From an uncultured delta proteobacterium (lineage in GTDB: Bacteria > Myxococcota_A > Polyangia > Polyangiales > Polyangiaceae): 64,000 nucleotides of DNA. Positions 1-10,127 of the stretch are shown piece after piece. The notes under the pieces were generated by a model. It worked only from the letters and a program-made list of their open reading frames with translations, ran no database searches and was not told where the DNA came from. Location of the stretch: the NCBI GenBank assembly GCA_963716725.1, contig CAVQUB010000005.1, positions 576,001 to 640,000 of the forward strand, read 5' to 3'. The translations under genes and the position numbers were made by a program. Positions within the stretch are counted from its first letter, which is position 1. Each line of letters opens with the position of its first letter.

Positions 1-1
1 C

Positions 2-181
2 GTAGGCGGCGGCGGTGGCAGCGCAGCCCAGGGTGGCAATCCGACCTCCGACCCCACCGGCACGCTCGAAGGCGGCGGCTGCAAGTGCTCGGTGCCCGGC
101 TCGAGCTCCAACACGCCAGGTGCGCTGGTGCTCGCCGGCCTCGCGCTCGCGGCCTTCGGCGGCAGGCGTCGTCGGCGCTAG
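2..181 (+). CDS. 3' end of a MYXO-CTERM sorting-signal protein (partial)
   Basis: Frame from nt 2 reads ...TLEGGGCKCSVPGSSSNTPGALVLAGLALAAFGGRRRRR*: GGCxC motif, TM segment and poly-Arg tail. Confidence 0.85.
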   Translation, partial: VGGGGGSAAQGGNPTSDPTGTLEGGGCKCSVPGSSSNTPGALVLAGLALAAFGGRRRRR

Positions 182-510
182 CTCTGCGCGCAGCCGCTGG
201 CGGCTTTTGGCCCTCGACGTCCCGGCGGCGTCGGGGGCCGAGTCGCTCGCCGCCTGTAGGCTGCAAACGGCAGCCGTTGCCAACAGCCCGCAAGAGCGAA
301 GCGGGAAGGAGGCGAGTTTGCCGGCGCTGCCAGTTTGGGCCCGGGTGGCACGCAACTTGAAGTGCTCACCGGCACTACGCAGAATGCGTGCCAAGGGAGG
401 TGGCGTGCTTGCGCCGGATCAGCCCACCCAAGCGTCGCATCGAGCCTGCACTTGTGGGCCGTTGACGACAACTTCGCGTCCCCGCGAGCACGAACTTCGA
501 GCGAAGCGTC

Positions 511-526
511 TGGCACGCGCGCTGCA
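511..526 (+). promoter_or_regulatory. Candidate sigma54 -24/-12 promoter
   Basis: TGGCACGCGCGCTGCA fits GG-N10-GC. A weaker site, TGGCACGCAACTTGA, lies at 346-360. Confidence 0.4.
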
Positions 527-627
527 AGGCACGGGCGACATCCAATGGAGCAACCGGATCGCCAACTCGCTCAGAAGTCCCGAATCGGCCAGGAGCAAGC
601 CTCACCGCGGAAATGAACTTCCGGGCT

Positions 628-1977
628 TCAGTCGGTCCCGTCCGGGGGCAGCGAGGAGCGCTGGTCCCGGAAGCCATGTCGTTGGAGCAGCTTGATCAGG
701 TAGCTGCGATCCATCCGGGCCTTGCGCGCAGCTTCGCTCACATTCCCGTTCGACGCGGCCAGCAAGTGCTCCAGATACTGATGTTCGAAGCTGTTGAGTA
801 CCGCGTTGCGCGCGTCCTTGTAGGGCAGGTCGAGGGGCGCTGCGACCTCGCTCGGGGCAGGAGCGACCGAGTCGTGGCGAAACAGATCCGGCGCCTCGCC
901 CATGGCGACGGTGGCCTCCACCCAGTTGCGCAGCTCGCGTACATTTCCCGGCCAGCGATAGGTCCGCAGCGCCTCGAAAACGTCGGGTTTCACGATCTCC
1001 GACCGGGGCCCGTCGTGGCCGCACTCCTTCAAGAAATGGTCGACCAGCAAGGACAAGTCATCGGGCCGCTCGCGCAGCGGGGGGATGCGCACCTCGACCA
1101 CGCCCAAGCGGTAGTACAGGTCCAGGCGGAAGGTCCCGGCGTTGACCTCGGCGCGCAGATCTCGGTTCGTCGCGCTCACGATCCGCACGTCGACGCTGAT
1201 GTCGGCTCTTCCGCCGACGCGACGAAAACGCCGGCGCTCGAGCGCGCCGAGCAGTTGTGGTTGGAGCTCGGGCGGCAGCTCGCCGATCTCGTCCAGAAAC
1301 AGCGTGCCTCCGTCGGCTCTTTCGAAGGCTCCGACGTGGGTGCGCTCCGCTCCGGTGAAGGCACCCCGGTCGTGACCGAAGAGCTCGCTCGCGACCACGC
1401 CGGGGGCGAGCGCTCCGCAGTCCACGACGACCAGCGGCTTGTTTGCCCGAGGGCTCTGCTCGTGCAGCGCGCGGGCGACGAGCTCCTTACCGGTGCCCGA
1501 CTCACCGACGAGCAGCACCGGGACGGTGGTCTTGGCGACGCGGTCGACCTGGGCCATCAACCGGCGCATGGTGGGGGTGGCGCCGAGCAGATTGCACAAG
1601 CGATCGCTGCCGTGCATCTCCACCGTAGTGCCACCGCCGTCGGCCACCCGGATCGAGGTGCGACCGAGCTGAAGCGTCGTGCCGGGGCTGACGATGCCAC
1701 GCAGCAGGCGGATACCCCCGGCCTCCGTGCCGTTGGTGCTCTCGAGATCCGTCACGATGATGCCGCGATCGTCCCGCGCGAGCTCCAGGTGGAAGCGCGA
1801 AACCGTCGGATCCGTCAGCATCAGCACGTTGCCGTTGGCTGTCCCGATGCTCATCAGCTCGCTGTCGGCTTCCGCGCGCACGCCACTGTCCGGACCCGAG
1901 ATGACCTCCACGGCCAGCGTGCGCACGGGGATGCGAGTTCCAGCACTCGAAAGGGGGGACGTTGCGATGGACGGCAC
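628..1977 (-). CDS. FHA-domain sigma54-dependent enhancer-binding protein (FHA-AAA+-Fis HTH)
   Basis: FHA motifs (VSRFH, DLESTNGT), Walker A GESGTGKE, GAFTGA, LFLDEIGE, WPGNVREL and a C-terminal HTH (GNVSEAAR). Confidence 0.95.
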   Translation of the reverse strand: MPSIATSPLSSAGTRIPVRTLAVEVISGPDSGVRAEADSELMSIGTANGNVLMLTDPTVSRFHLELARDDRGIIVTDLESTNGTEAGGIRLLRGIVSPGTTLQLGRTSIRVADGGGTTVEMHGSDRLCNLLGATPTMRRLMAQVDRVAKTTVPVLLVGESGTGKELVARALHEQSPRANKPLVVVDCGALAPGVVASELFGHDRGAFTGAERTHVGAFERADGGTLFLDEIGELPPELQPQLLGALERRRFRRVGGRADISVDVRIVSATNRDLRAEVNAGTFRLDLYYRLGVVEVRIPPLRERPDDLSLLVDHFLKECGHDGPRSEIVKPDVFEALRTYRWPGNVRELRNWVEATVAMGEAPDLFRHDSVAPAPSEVAAPLDLPYKDARNAVLNSFEHQYLEHLLAASNGNVSEAARKARMDRSYLIKLLQRHGFRDQRSSLPPDGTD

Positions 1978-2045
1978 GGCGCGGTTATACCACGGGCCAG
2001 GATCACCGATGGTGGGCTAGCCCGGCGAGATCGAGAGCAATTGCA

Positions 2046-3731
2046 ATGATGCCATTGGGTCTACGTTCCGGTCTCGCGTTGCTCGTTTCGACGTCGGTAG
2101 CCGTCGCGGCGCCGAGCATTCCGTTGGACCGCTTCGAGCCAGCTCCGACAGGCGACGCGTTGATGGCGGTCCCCGATGCGCGGGCCGACGGCCGACTCGA
2201 ATTCGGCCTCGGGGCTCGCTTCGTCTACGCGCGCGATCCCCTCGTGATGCGCGTGGTCGATGGCAGCGGGAACGAAACCTCGACCACCATCGTGGACCAC
2301 CAACTGATCGTTCATGCCTTGGTCGCGGCCACGCTCGGACAGCGCTTGGTCCTCGACCTGGACCTGCCCGGACTCCTCAGCCAAGGCGGCAATGACGGCC
2401 GGTTCGGTCAACTGGATCTCAGCGGACCGAGCGGAGCCGACTTGGGGGATCTGCGCTTGGGAGCACGCATCGCCTTGGTCGAGCAGCGCGACAGCTTCCC
2501 CGGTCTCGCGCTCGCGACTCGCGTCTGGCTCCCGACCAGCTCCGGCGCTTTTGCCGGCTCTGACACCGCCCGCCTGAGCTCGCAGGTCGTGGTTGGTCAC
2601 GACTCGTCGACCTGGCTCTGGCGCGCGACTGCCGGCGCATTGGCCGGCGCTTCCCAGAGCGGATACTCTGGCCTGTTCGGCAGCGAGGTCTTCGCCCAGC
2701 TCGGGCTCGGCTATCGGCTGGGGCCAACTCAGCTGGGCGCCGAGCTCTCGGGCGCGACGGGCGTCGACGTCCCGTGGTTGCGGCGAAACTCGACGCACGT
2801 CGAGGCACTGGCCTCGGTGAGGCAGCGCTTCGGCCCGCTCTCGGCCTTCGTGGCGGCGGGTCCCGGGCTCACTCCCGGCGCCGGCACGCCTGCGTATCGC
2901 GTGTTGATTGGTGCCGACCTGAGCTTTGAGTTCGCCCCGGAGGGTTCGGGCGCTGGTGCTGCTGGTCCTGGTGGTGGCCAGCCGACTCCCGTCGCTCCCG
3001 CATCCGGATCGCTGCCTGGCGCCTCCGGCGGCGCGGCCGATCGGGACTCCGACGGCGTGGTCGACGCGCTCGACGCGTGCCCGGATGCACCCGGAGATCC
3101 CGCGGCTCTGCGCCCCGGCTGTCCGCCCGACCGCGACAGCGACGGCGTCGCCGATCTCGACGACCATTGCCCCGATGTCCCCGGCGTGAAGAGCGCCGAT
3201 CCCGAGCGCCACGGCTGCCCGGCGGATCGCGACGGCGACGGGATCTACGACGGCGAGGACGCCTGTCCCAACGAGCAGGGCGCGCGCACGGCCGATACCA
3301 AGACCAGCGGTTGCCCCGAGTCGGTGCGGGTGGTCGGCAGGCAGATTGTCATCAGCGGTCAGGTCAACTTTGCGACGGCCAGCGACGTGCTCGCGGCCGA
3401 AAGCTCGAAGGTGCTCGAGCAAGTGGCGGGCGTGCTGCGCGATCACCCGGACATCGCGCGTCTCGCCGTTGACGGGCATACCGACGACGTCGGTCGTGAT
3501 CCGACGAACCTGGATCTGTCCCGGCGCCGAGCCATCGCGGTCGTTCGTTGGCTCGTCGATCACGGAATCGACGAGCGCCGCCTGGAAGCCCGCGGCTTCG
3601 GAGCACGGCAGCCGCTGATTCGCGAAAAGACCGCCGAGGCTCGCGCCAAGAACCGACGGGTCGAGTTCCAGATTCTGAAGCGCAGCGACAAGGGCGAGCG
3701 AGGGTGGAAAGACGGGCCGATCGATGAGTGA
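2046..3731 (+). CDS. OmpA-family outer-membrane protein with thrombospondin type-3-like Ca-binding repeats
   Basis: Signal peptide, barrel-like N-terminal half, DRDxDG..D.CP repeats, OmpA-C motifs (DGHTD, NLDLSRRRA, NRRVEF). Confidence 0.9.
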   Translation: MMPLGLRSGLALLVSTSVAVAAPSIPLDRFEPAPTGDALMAVPDARADGRLEFGLGARFVYARDPLVMRVVDGSGNETSTTIVDHQLIVHALVAATLGQRLVLDLDLPGLLSQGGNDGRFGQLDLSGPSGADLGDLRLGARIALVEQRDSFPGLALATRVWLPTSSGAFAGSDTARLSSQVVVGHDSSTWLWRATAGALAGASQSGYSGLFGSEVFAQLGLGYRLGPTQLGAELSGATGVDVPWLRRNSTHVEALASVRQRFGPLSAFVAAGPGLTPGAGTPAYRVLIGADLSFEFAPEGSGAGAAGPGGGQPTPVAPASGSLPGASGGAADRDSDGVVDALDACPDAPGDPAALRPGCPPDRDSDGVADLDDHCPDVPGVKSADPERHGCPADRDGDGIYDGEDACPNEQGARTADTKTSGCPESVRVVGRQIVISGQVNFATASDVLAAESSKVLEQVAGVLRDHPDIARLAVDGHTDDVGRDPTNLDLSRRRAIAVVRWLVDHGIDERRLEARGFGARQPLIREKTAEARAKNRRVEFQILKRSDKGERGWKDGPIDE

Positions 3732-5490
3732 AGTCCGGCTGTCGATCCGTGTTCGGGCCGCGATACTTCTGGTCGCGATCGCGGCGGTGCCAGCCGCGGC
3801 GGTCGCATGGCGTCTCACCGGCATCAACCAGAACGCCGTGGAGCTCAGCGAAGCCAATTTGCAGGCGGCTGTCGTTGGGGAGGTCGCGAACGCAGTCTTG
3901 GGTCACGTCCGGTCGGCCGAAGAGGACACCCGAGCGGTTGCCCTGGCCATTTCCCTCGCCGCAGCGAAGCCGGATGCAGGCGCGAAGGGCGTCGACGCGA
4001 TGCTGAGTGGGCTGCTTGCCAGTCGGCGCAACCTCGCGGCGTTTCGCTTCGAAGTGCCGTCGGCGAACGTTGATACCGTCGTCAAGAAGCCAGGCGTTGC
4101 CGCCTCGGAGGTGCCGCGATCCACCCCGGAGATGCGACGGCGAGCCAGTGAGAGTGGGGTGAGTTTCGAGTTGCTGAGCCCGGGCGTCGGGGCGGTCGTC
4201 GTGCCAGTGCCCAAGGTCGATCCCGCGGGTGCCGACGGCTTCGTGACGACCGCTGCCGACTTGGCCGGGCTCTCGGGAACTCTCGAACAAGCCGCCGGTG
4301 CTCGCTTCCGCGCAGGCGGCGTTTCGATCGTCGTTGCGGACGGGACGAAGCGCGCCGTTGCCGCCCGGGGGGCCGACCTACGTGCCGGCTCCGACGTCGC
4401 GGAGTTGCCGGTCTTCGCCTTGATCCCCGCTGGTGCATCCTGGATGACCCGAACCGCGGTCGTGAGTACATTTTCGCAGGGCGGAGAGCCGCAGGTCGGG
4501 GCGGTAGAGACGGTCGAAGATCTTGGTTGGGCGGTCGGACTTTGGCGGCCGGAGCGCATCGCCTACTCCACGCTCTACGACATGCGGCGCACTAGCGCGT
4601 GGGTCGTCGGGGGCACGCTGTTCATCGCCCTCGTCGTCGGGCTATTTGCCGGTAGCGCCATCACCCGACCCGTGATGCGGCTCGCCAGCCAGGCGAGGCT
4701 GATCGGGCAGCGCCGCTGGCGCGAGGTCGCGCTCGACAGCAATCGACGTGACGAGCTCGGCACGCTCTCCCGAGCTATCGGGCAAATGGCACAGGATCTC
4801 GAGAGTGGCGAGACCGAGATCGAACGTCAGGCCAAGCTGCGCGGCGACTTGAGCCGCTTTTTGAGCAAAGACTTGGTCGATGCCATCGTGCGCGGCGAGC
4901 ACTCGCTGGCGCTCGGGGGACAACGCCGCGAGGTGTCCGTCCTGTTCGCGGACGTCGTCGCTTTCACGCCTCTGGCCGAGAGCCGTCCCGCCGAAGAGGT
5001 CGTCACCATCCTCAACGAGCTGTTCTCGATCTTGAGCGAGATCGTGTTCCGACACGAGGGCACGGTCGACAAGTTCATCGGAGATTGCATCATGGCGGTC
5101 TGGGGCGCTCCGCAGAGCCAGCCCGACCACGCGCGTCTCGCGCTGGCGGCTGCCGAGGACATGCAGCGCTTCTTGGAGAGTGCGAACCAGATGTGGTCGG
5201 AGAAATACGGTACGGAGCTGCGCCTCGCGATCGGCATCAACAGCGGCGAAGCCATTGTCGGGAACATCGGATCGGACAAGCGCATGGAGTACACCGTCAT
5301 CGGTGACGTCGTGAACGTGGCGGCTCGGCTCGAAGCAGTCGCCAAGCCCGACCAGGTGCTGGTGGCGGAGCGAACCCACGAGCTCGCGGGAGATGGTTTC
5401 GAGCTGCGTTCGCTCGGCTCTCAACAACTGACGGGCCGCAAGACTGCGACCGCTGTGTACGAGCTGCTTTTGGATGTGGGCGATGCGTGA
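3724..5490 (+). CDS. Membrane class III adenylate cyclase with periplasmic sensor and HAMP domain
   Basis: Two TM helices, HAMP (RRDELGTL), VLFADVVAFT, DKFIGDCIMA, EYTVIGDVVNVAARLE. The Lys/Thr specificity pair suggests ATP. Confidence 0.93.
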   Translation: MSEVRLSIRVRAAILLVAIAAVPAAAVAWRLTGINQNAVELSEANLQAAVVGEVANAVLGHVRSAEEDTRAVALAISLAAAKPDAGAKGVDAMLSGLLASRRNLAAFRFEVPSANVDTVVKKPGVAASEVPRSTPEMRRRASESGVSFELLSPGVGAVVVPVPKVDPAGADGFVTTAADLAGLSGTLEQAAGARFRAGGVSIVVADGTKRAVAARGADLRAGSDVAELPVFALIPAGASWMTRTAVVSTFSQGGEPQVGAVETVEDLGWAVGLWRPERIAYSTLYDMRRTSAWVVGGTLFIALVVGLFAGSAITRPVMRLASQARLIGQRRWREVALDSNRRDELGTLSRAIGQMAQDLESGETEIERQAKLRGDLSRFLSKDLVDAIVRGEHSLALGGQRREVSVLFADVVAFTPLAESRPAEEVVTILNELFSILSEIVFRHEGTVDKFIGDCIMAVWGAPQSQPDHARLALAAAEDMQRFLESANQMWSEKYGTELRLAIGINSGEAIVGNIGSDKRMEYTVIGDVVNVAARLEAVAKPDQVLVAERTHELAGDGFELRSLGSQQLTGRKTATAVYELLLDVGDA

Positions 5491-7780
5491 ACGAATGCTG
5501 TTGAGGAGATTCGTGCCGCTCGTGGCGGTCGTGACCACGATTCGGCCGGTGTTCGCCGCGGACGACGTCACCCCCGGCTATCCGGAGCGCGTCTTGCAAT
5601 GGACGGTCAAGAACAAGGAGAGCTGCGACGACGTTGCTTCGGCGCTCTATGGCTCGGCCAAGCATCGTGCGCTGCTCGAGCGCTACAACTCGGTGAAGTG
5701 TGGCACCAAGACGCCCCTCCCGGACGGCATGACCCTGGTGGTGCCGGCCAAGGTGACGAATCTTCCTTCGGCCAGGCTGCGCTCCCTGCAGCCTGACGTG
5801 CGCGAGCGACCCTCTGGCGGCGCCTGGCAAGAAGCGTCACCTGGTATGCCGCTCTACAAGAACCACAGCGTCAACACGATGGAGAAGGCGCGGGCCGACA
5901 TCCTGTTCGTCGATAGAACGCGCGTCGTGCTCGCCGAGCACACGCTCGTGATCATCTACGGCACGGCGAAGCAGACGGCCGTGGCGAAGGCGCCGCCCAC
6001 CATCGAACTCGAGAGCGGCGAAGTTCAGGCGGGGCTCGCAGCGCTCCGAGGCAAGCCCGTCCAAGTCGGAGTGCAGGGCGGCGAAGTCACGGCCGAGTCG
6101 CGAGACACCGCAGTCCGCGCGAAGCAAAAGCGCGCGACCGTGTCGGTGTTCGACGGCAAGGCCAGCGTCTCGTCGGCTGGTAAGAAGGTGCAGGTCCCTC
6201 AGAACTTCGGTAGCTCCTTCCAGCAAGCGAAGGCGCCGACGCCGCCGCGACCGCTGCCGCCGGGACCCAAGTGGCTGCCGTCCAGCGTTTCGGGCGTGGT
6301 GTTGTTTCCGCACGGCAAGGGCGTCGTGAAAGCGGGTTGGGAGACGGTGCCGAAAGCGGCGGTCTACCGCGTCGAGATCGCCAAAGACTCCGACTTCACC
6401 GACTTGATCGCGCGCGAAGAAGTGCCGAGCGACGTGCGTAGTTTCCGGGGCGAGAAACTGCCGCCGGGCGCCTACTTCATGCGCGTGCGCGCGGTCGACA
6501 CCGAGGACTTCCTGGGCATCGCGTCCGACGTGCGAGCCTTCGCCATCGTCGCAGCGCAGCCGAAAGCGGGTGCGATCGACGGGGGTACCATCGAGGTGAG
6601 CCCCTACGGCGAGCTCCAGCTCGCCGCCTTCGCTGGCCTCGAACTCGCGGTGGACGAGGGGCCCTTTGGCGCGGTCCCGTCCAAGATCGATTTTCTGACG
6701 CTCTCTCCCCGTGCGCTGTCGCTTCAGGTTGCGGGCGCCAATGCGGCGACGCGTTACGAGGTGAAGTACCTCATCCCCGAGCTGAAGATTTCGCTCGAGC
6801 AGCAAGGTCCTCGCTCGGCGGCGGTGGTCGTCCGCTTCGCAGAGGTGGAGGGCATCGACGTAGCCACCCGGGTTCAGCCTTCACTCCGAGTGCGCCGCGG
6901 CAATCAAACGCGGCGCTTGCCGCTGTCGGCCGCGGCTGACGCCACCACCTGGCGAGCGAACGTCACGGGCTTGCAGCCGGGTCCGGTCTTGGTCGAGGTC
7001 GTGGATCGGCGCGGGCGACTTCTCGCGTCGACCGAGGCGACGATCGGCGAGCCGGAGCGGGCTCCCGGTGCACCGCCCGCTCAGCGGCGCTTCATCGGGA
7101 TCAGTGCGCCGCTGGTGCAGCCGTCTCCGCTGACCAACGTCGTTTGGTGGAGTCCCACTCCCGACAGCTCGGGTGCGATCAGCGGGACCGCCTACAGCGA
7201 TCATGGAAAGCCCGGCGAGCAGCTGGCGATCCGAGCGTCGGGGGCTGTCGGACCGATTGGAGTGGATGGGCTGGTCACGACGCGTGAGCTCGGCGGCTCC
7301 GCCGCCGACGGCAGCGCGTGGTTCACGCTGCGCTGGCGCTCGGCACGCCTGGGCGAGATCGAGCTGGGACCGGCGCTTCAGCTCGCGCTGCCAACCACGG
7401 CCCACAGCCCCGCCTCGCGGGTGGGTGGCGGCATCGCCATCGGCAGCATTGGCGACAAGCTCGGCTGGCTCATAGACGTCGGCGGTCGGGCGCCGCTCGA
7501 GGCCAGCGCCGAGCGACAGCCGGCGCCGGATGGGCAAGGTTTCGTGCTGGCCGGCGCCACCTACGACGTCGTGCCCTGGCTGAGGGGCTACGCGCTGCTC
7601 GACGCTCACGGGCTGCTCGACCCTCGCTCCGACGACCTCATCGGTCGCGGTGGCCTGAGCCTTGGTGTGGAAGCTGGCGGTCGCCTTTACGGCGGCCTGT
7701 CGCTTCGTGGCTCGGCGTGGGACGATGCTGGCGGCTACTTCATGGGGCAGCTCGCCGTGGGAGTCCGCGACCGGCCATGA
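5483..7780 (+). CDS. Exported LysM-like/FecR-domain protein with FN3-like region and probable C-terminal beta-barrel
   Basis: Signal peptide; WTVKNKESC..LYG..N LysM-like segment; FecR-like ADILFVDRTRVVL, IELESGEV, VSVFDGKASV; YRVEIAKD/YFMRVRAVD; amphipathic strands at the C-terminus. Start uncertain (5474/5483/5495). Confidence 0.75.
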   Translation: MRERMLLRRFVPLVAVVTTIRPVFAADDVTPGYPERVLQWTVKNKESCDDVASALYGSAKHRALLERYNSVKCGTKTPLPDGMTLVVPAKVTNLPSARLRSLQPDVRERPSGGAWQEASPGMPLYKNHSVNTMEKARADILFVDRTRVVLAEHTLVIIYGTAKQTAVAKAPPTIELESGEVQAGLAALRGKPVQVGVQGGEVTAESRDTAVRAKQKRATVSVFDGKASVSSAGKKVQVPQNFGSSFQQAKAPTPPRPLPPGPKWLPSSVSGVVLFPHGKGVVKAGWETVPKAAVYRVEIAKDSDFTDLIAREEVPSDVRSFRGEKLPPGAYFMRVRAVDTEDFLGIASDVRAFAIVAAQPKAGAIDGGTIEVSPYGELQLAAFAGLELAVDEGPFGAVPSKIDFLTLSPRALSLQVAGANAATRYEVKYLIPELKISLEQQGPRSAAVVVRFAEVEGIDVATRVQPSLRVRRGNQTRRLPLSAAADATTWRANVTGLQPGPVLVEVVDRRGRLLASTEATIGEPERAPGAPPAQRRFIGISAPLVQPSPLTNVVWWSPTPDSSGAISGTAYSDHGKPGEQLAIRASGAVGPIGVDGLVTTRELGGSAADGSAWFTLRWRSARLGEIELGPALQLALPTTAHSPASRVGGGIAIGSIGDKLGWLIDVGGRAPLEASAERQPAPDGQGFVLAGATYDVVPWLRGYALLDAHGLLDPRSDDLIGRGGLSLGVEAGGRLYGGLSLRGSAWDDAGGYFMGQLAVGVRDRP

Positions 7781-9261
7781 GCGGAGCAGACTCGGACGAC
7801 TCGCAGGGCAGGCCTCCCGCCGCAGAAGCGGAAACCGAGCTTGGCAGCTTCGAGTCCGCGGCGGCACGACCGGTCGCACTGCCGTCGGCCGTCACACAGC
7901 TCTCCAACGCGGCTTCGATCCCCGATCAGACGCCGGCCGCGGGGTTCGTGCTCGCAGGCAAGTACCGCCTGACGGAGATGTTGGGGCAGGGCGGGATGGG
8001 AACGGTGTACGCGGCCGAGCAAATTGAGCTCGCCGTGCCCGTCGCGATCAAGCTGATGCACCCCCACGTCGCCGCCCACGCCGAGTACGTCGAGCGCTTC
8101 CGGCGCGAGGCACGGGCGGCGATGCTACTGAATCACCCCAAAGTCGTGCGCGTCATCGACTTCGGGCAGCACGACAAGACCTTCTTCATCGTCATGGAGC
8201 TGATTGAGGGTGAGCCACTCGATCATTGGATCTTCGCGCATCCGGGACCGCCGCCCTTCGCAGACGTCGTTTCCATCATGTGCGATGTGCTCGAAGCGCT
8301 GGAGGCCGCCCACGCGCTCGGCATCGTGCACCGGGATCTGAAGCCAGAAAATATCCTACTGACCCACGACAGCCAGGGTCATCGCTACGCCAAAGTCGTC
8401 GACTTCGGACTGGCGCACGTGGACGCCCCCGACGATGGAAGACCGACGCTGACGCGGGCCGACGCGGTGGCCGGCACTCCCGCCTACATGAGCCCGGAGC
8501 AGAGCCGTTCGCTGCGTGTCAGTCCAGCGGCGGATCTCTACTCGATGGGCTGCATCCTCACCGAGCTCCTGCAGATGTCTCCGCCCTTCGACGGCGCGCC
8601 CATGGAGATCGTTTCGCAGCACTTGTTCATGGCGCCTCCTGCCCTGAAGCGCCCCGATGGCGCCGAGCCGGTGCCGGCGCTGCTCGAGAAGCTACGGCTC
8701 GAGCTCTTGGCCAAGCACCCTCACCAACGTCCGGCAGACGCGGCCGCCGTTCGGGAGCGCTTGCTCGAGGCAATGGACCCAGCGGCCCACGCCAAGCGCC
8801 TTCCGAGTCGCAAGGGCGAGCTCTCCGGCGGCGGACGGCAGGACCGCATCCCCGACTGGAACGAAGCCGAGGCCGCCGGTCCTTCGACCCCGGAGCCCCG
8901 CGAGAGCACCGCCCTCTTGGTCGCCGCCTCGAACTCCAGCCTGCACGACGTCGCGGTCGCCACCGGGCTCGCCGCCCACGGGATCCGGCCGGCGCGAGCA
9001 GAATCAATGGTCGATGCCCTGGCGGCGTCTCCAGACGTCATCGTGCTCGACGCAGTGGGTGACATTGATGCGGCCGTCGCCGCCCTCGCGGCCGGATCCG
9101 CCGGTGTTCCGGTGGTCATCCTGGTCCGGCAGCTCGACCCAGGCTCCATGCGACGCCTGATCGAGGCCGGCGCCGCGGACGTGATCGCTCAGCCCGTGGC
9201 GCCGGACGTGCTGTCGAAGAAGCTGGCCCGCTTGCTGCGGCGCCGCGCTCACAAGAGCTGA
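7777..9261 (+). CDS. Hanks-type Ser/Thr protein kinase with C-terminal receiver-like domain
   Basis: GQGGMG, VAIK, HRDLKPEN, DFG, GTPAYMSPEQ; C-terminal PDVIVLD..AGAADVIAQP. ATG overlaps the upstream stop (ATGA). Confidence 0.93.
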   Translation: MSGADSDDSQGRPPAAEAETELGSFESAAARPVALPSAVTQLSNAASIPDQTPAAGFVLAGKYRLTEMLGQGGMGTVYAAEQIELAVPVAIKLMHPHVAAHAEYVERFRREARAAMLLNHPKVVRVIDFGQHDKTFFIVMELIEGEPLDHWIFAHPGPPPFADVVSIMCDVLEALEAAHALGIVHRDLKPENILLTHDSQGHRYAKVVDFGLAHVDAPDDGRPTLTRADAVAGTPAYMSPEQSRSLRVSPAADLYSMGCILTELLQMSPPFDGAPMEIVSQHLFMAPPALKRPDGAEPVPALLEKLRLELLAKHPHQRPADAAAVRERLLEAMDPAAHAKRLPSRKGELSGGGRQDRIPDWNEAEAAGPSTPEPRESTALLVAASNSSLHDVAVATGLAAHGIRPARAESMVDALAASPDVIVLDAVGDIDAAVAALAAGSAGVPVVILVRQLDPGSMRRLIEAGAADVIAQPVAPDVLSKKLARLLRRRAHKS

Positions 9262-10127
9262 TACACCAAGCTGACGGCGGTGGACGTGTCGAGCTCCTTC
9301 ACGCCGGGCAGCGGCGCATGGTCGTACTTCAGGCTGAAGGTGGTGCTCAGCGAGAAGTCGCCGCCGATGGCCGAGGTGAGACCGGCGTCCCAGTTCAGGC
9401 GCCAGCGCTCTGTCTCGGGAAGGCCTTGCAGATACTCCAGACCGGTAGTGAATTTGACGTGCTCGTTGAGGGCGTTGTTGTAGCCCGCGAACAGACGACC
9501 GCTGTGCTGCACGTCGGTTTTGTCGACGGGATCGCCACTGGCCTGGGCGGCCGCGACGTTCTCGTCGCGTCGCACGTCGTACTGCAAGTCGTAGCCAATT
9601 TCGGACCAGAGCTGCTGGCTCTTTTGATCGACGAAGTAGTAGGCGACGCCAGGGTCGAGGTTGAGTCGCAAGTCGAGGCCTTGGAAGCGATCACGTCGGG
9701 CCGAGGTCGCCATGAACAGCGCCAGATTACCCGCGATGAAGCGATCGTACCTGACCTTGCCCTGATAGTTCTCGACCGTAGTCTCCATGTCGCCGGCGGG
9801 GTTGGGCGCCGAGCGCGAATAGTTGACGGCTGCGGCAGCGCTCAGCTGGTTCTTCTCACGTCGCACGCGCATGGTGCCGGCGCCGGTTGCCGCCAGCGAG
9901 CGCGAGTTGCCGGTCGTGAGCAGGGCGCCGGCCGAGATCTTTGCCTCCGTCGCGTCCTTCGCTTCGGGGTCGTCCTTGGCGACCGCTTCGAAGCCACTCG
10001 TGGCGACGTCCGTCTTGCCGCTCGTAGCGGCGTCCTGTTTCATCAGCCCCTCAGCTTGAGCAAGCGCTTGTGGAGAGAGAGCGAGCGATGCGCCGAGCGC
10101 GCCGGCAGCGAGGATGAGTTTGTTCAT
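9249..10127 (-). CDS. DUF481 (YdiY-like) outer-membrane beta-barrel protein
   Basis: Signal peptide, TTGNSRS, DRFQGLDLR, C-terminal VSLVYQLL. Confidence 0.85.
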   Translation of the reverse strand: MNKLILAAGALGASLALSPQALAQAEGLMKQDAATSGKTDVATSGFEAVAKDDPEAKDATEAKISAGALLTTGNSRSLAATGAGTMRVRREKNQLSAAAAVNYSRSAPNPAGDMETTVENYQGKVRYDRFIAGNLALFMATSARRDRFQGLDLRLNLDPGVAYYFVDQKSQQLWSEIGYDLQYDVRRDENVAAAQASGDPVDKTDVQHSGRLFAGYNNALNEHVKFTTGLEYLQGLPETERWRLNWDAGLTSAIGGDFSLSTTFSLKYDHAPLPGVKELDTSTAVSLVYQLL

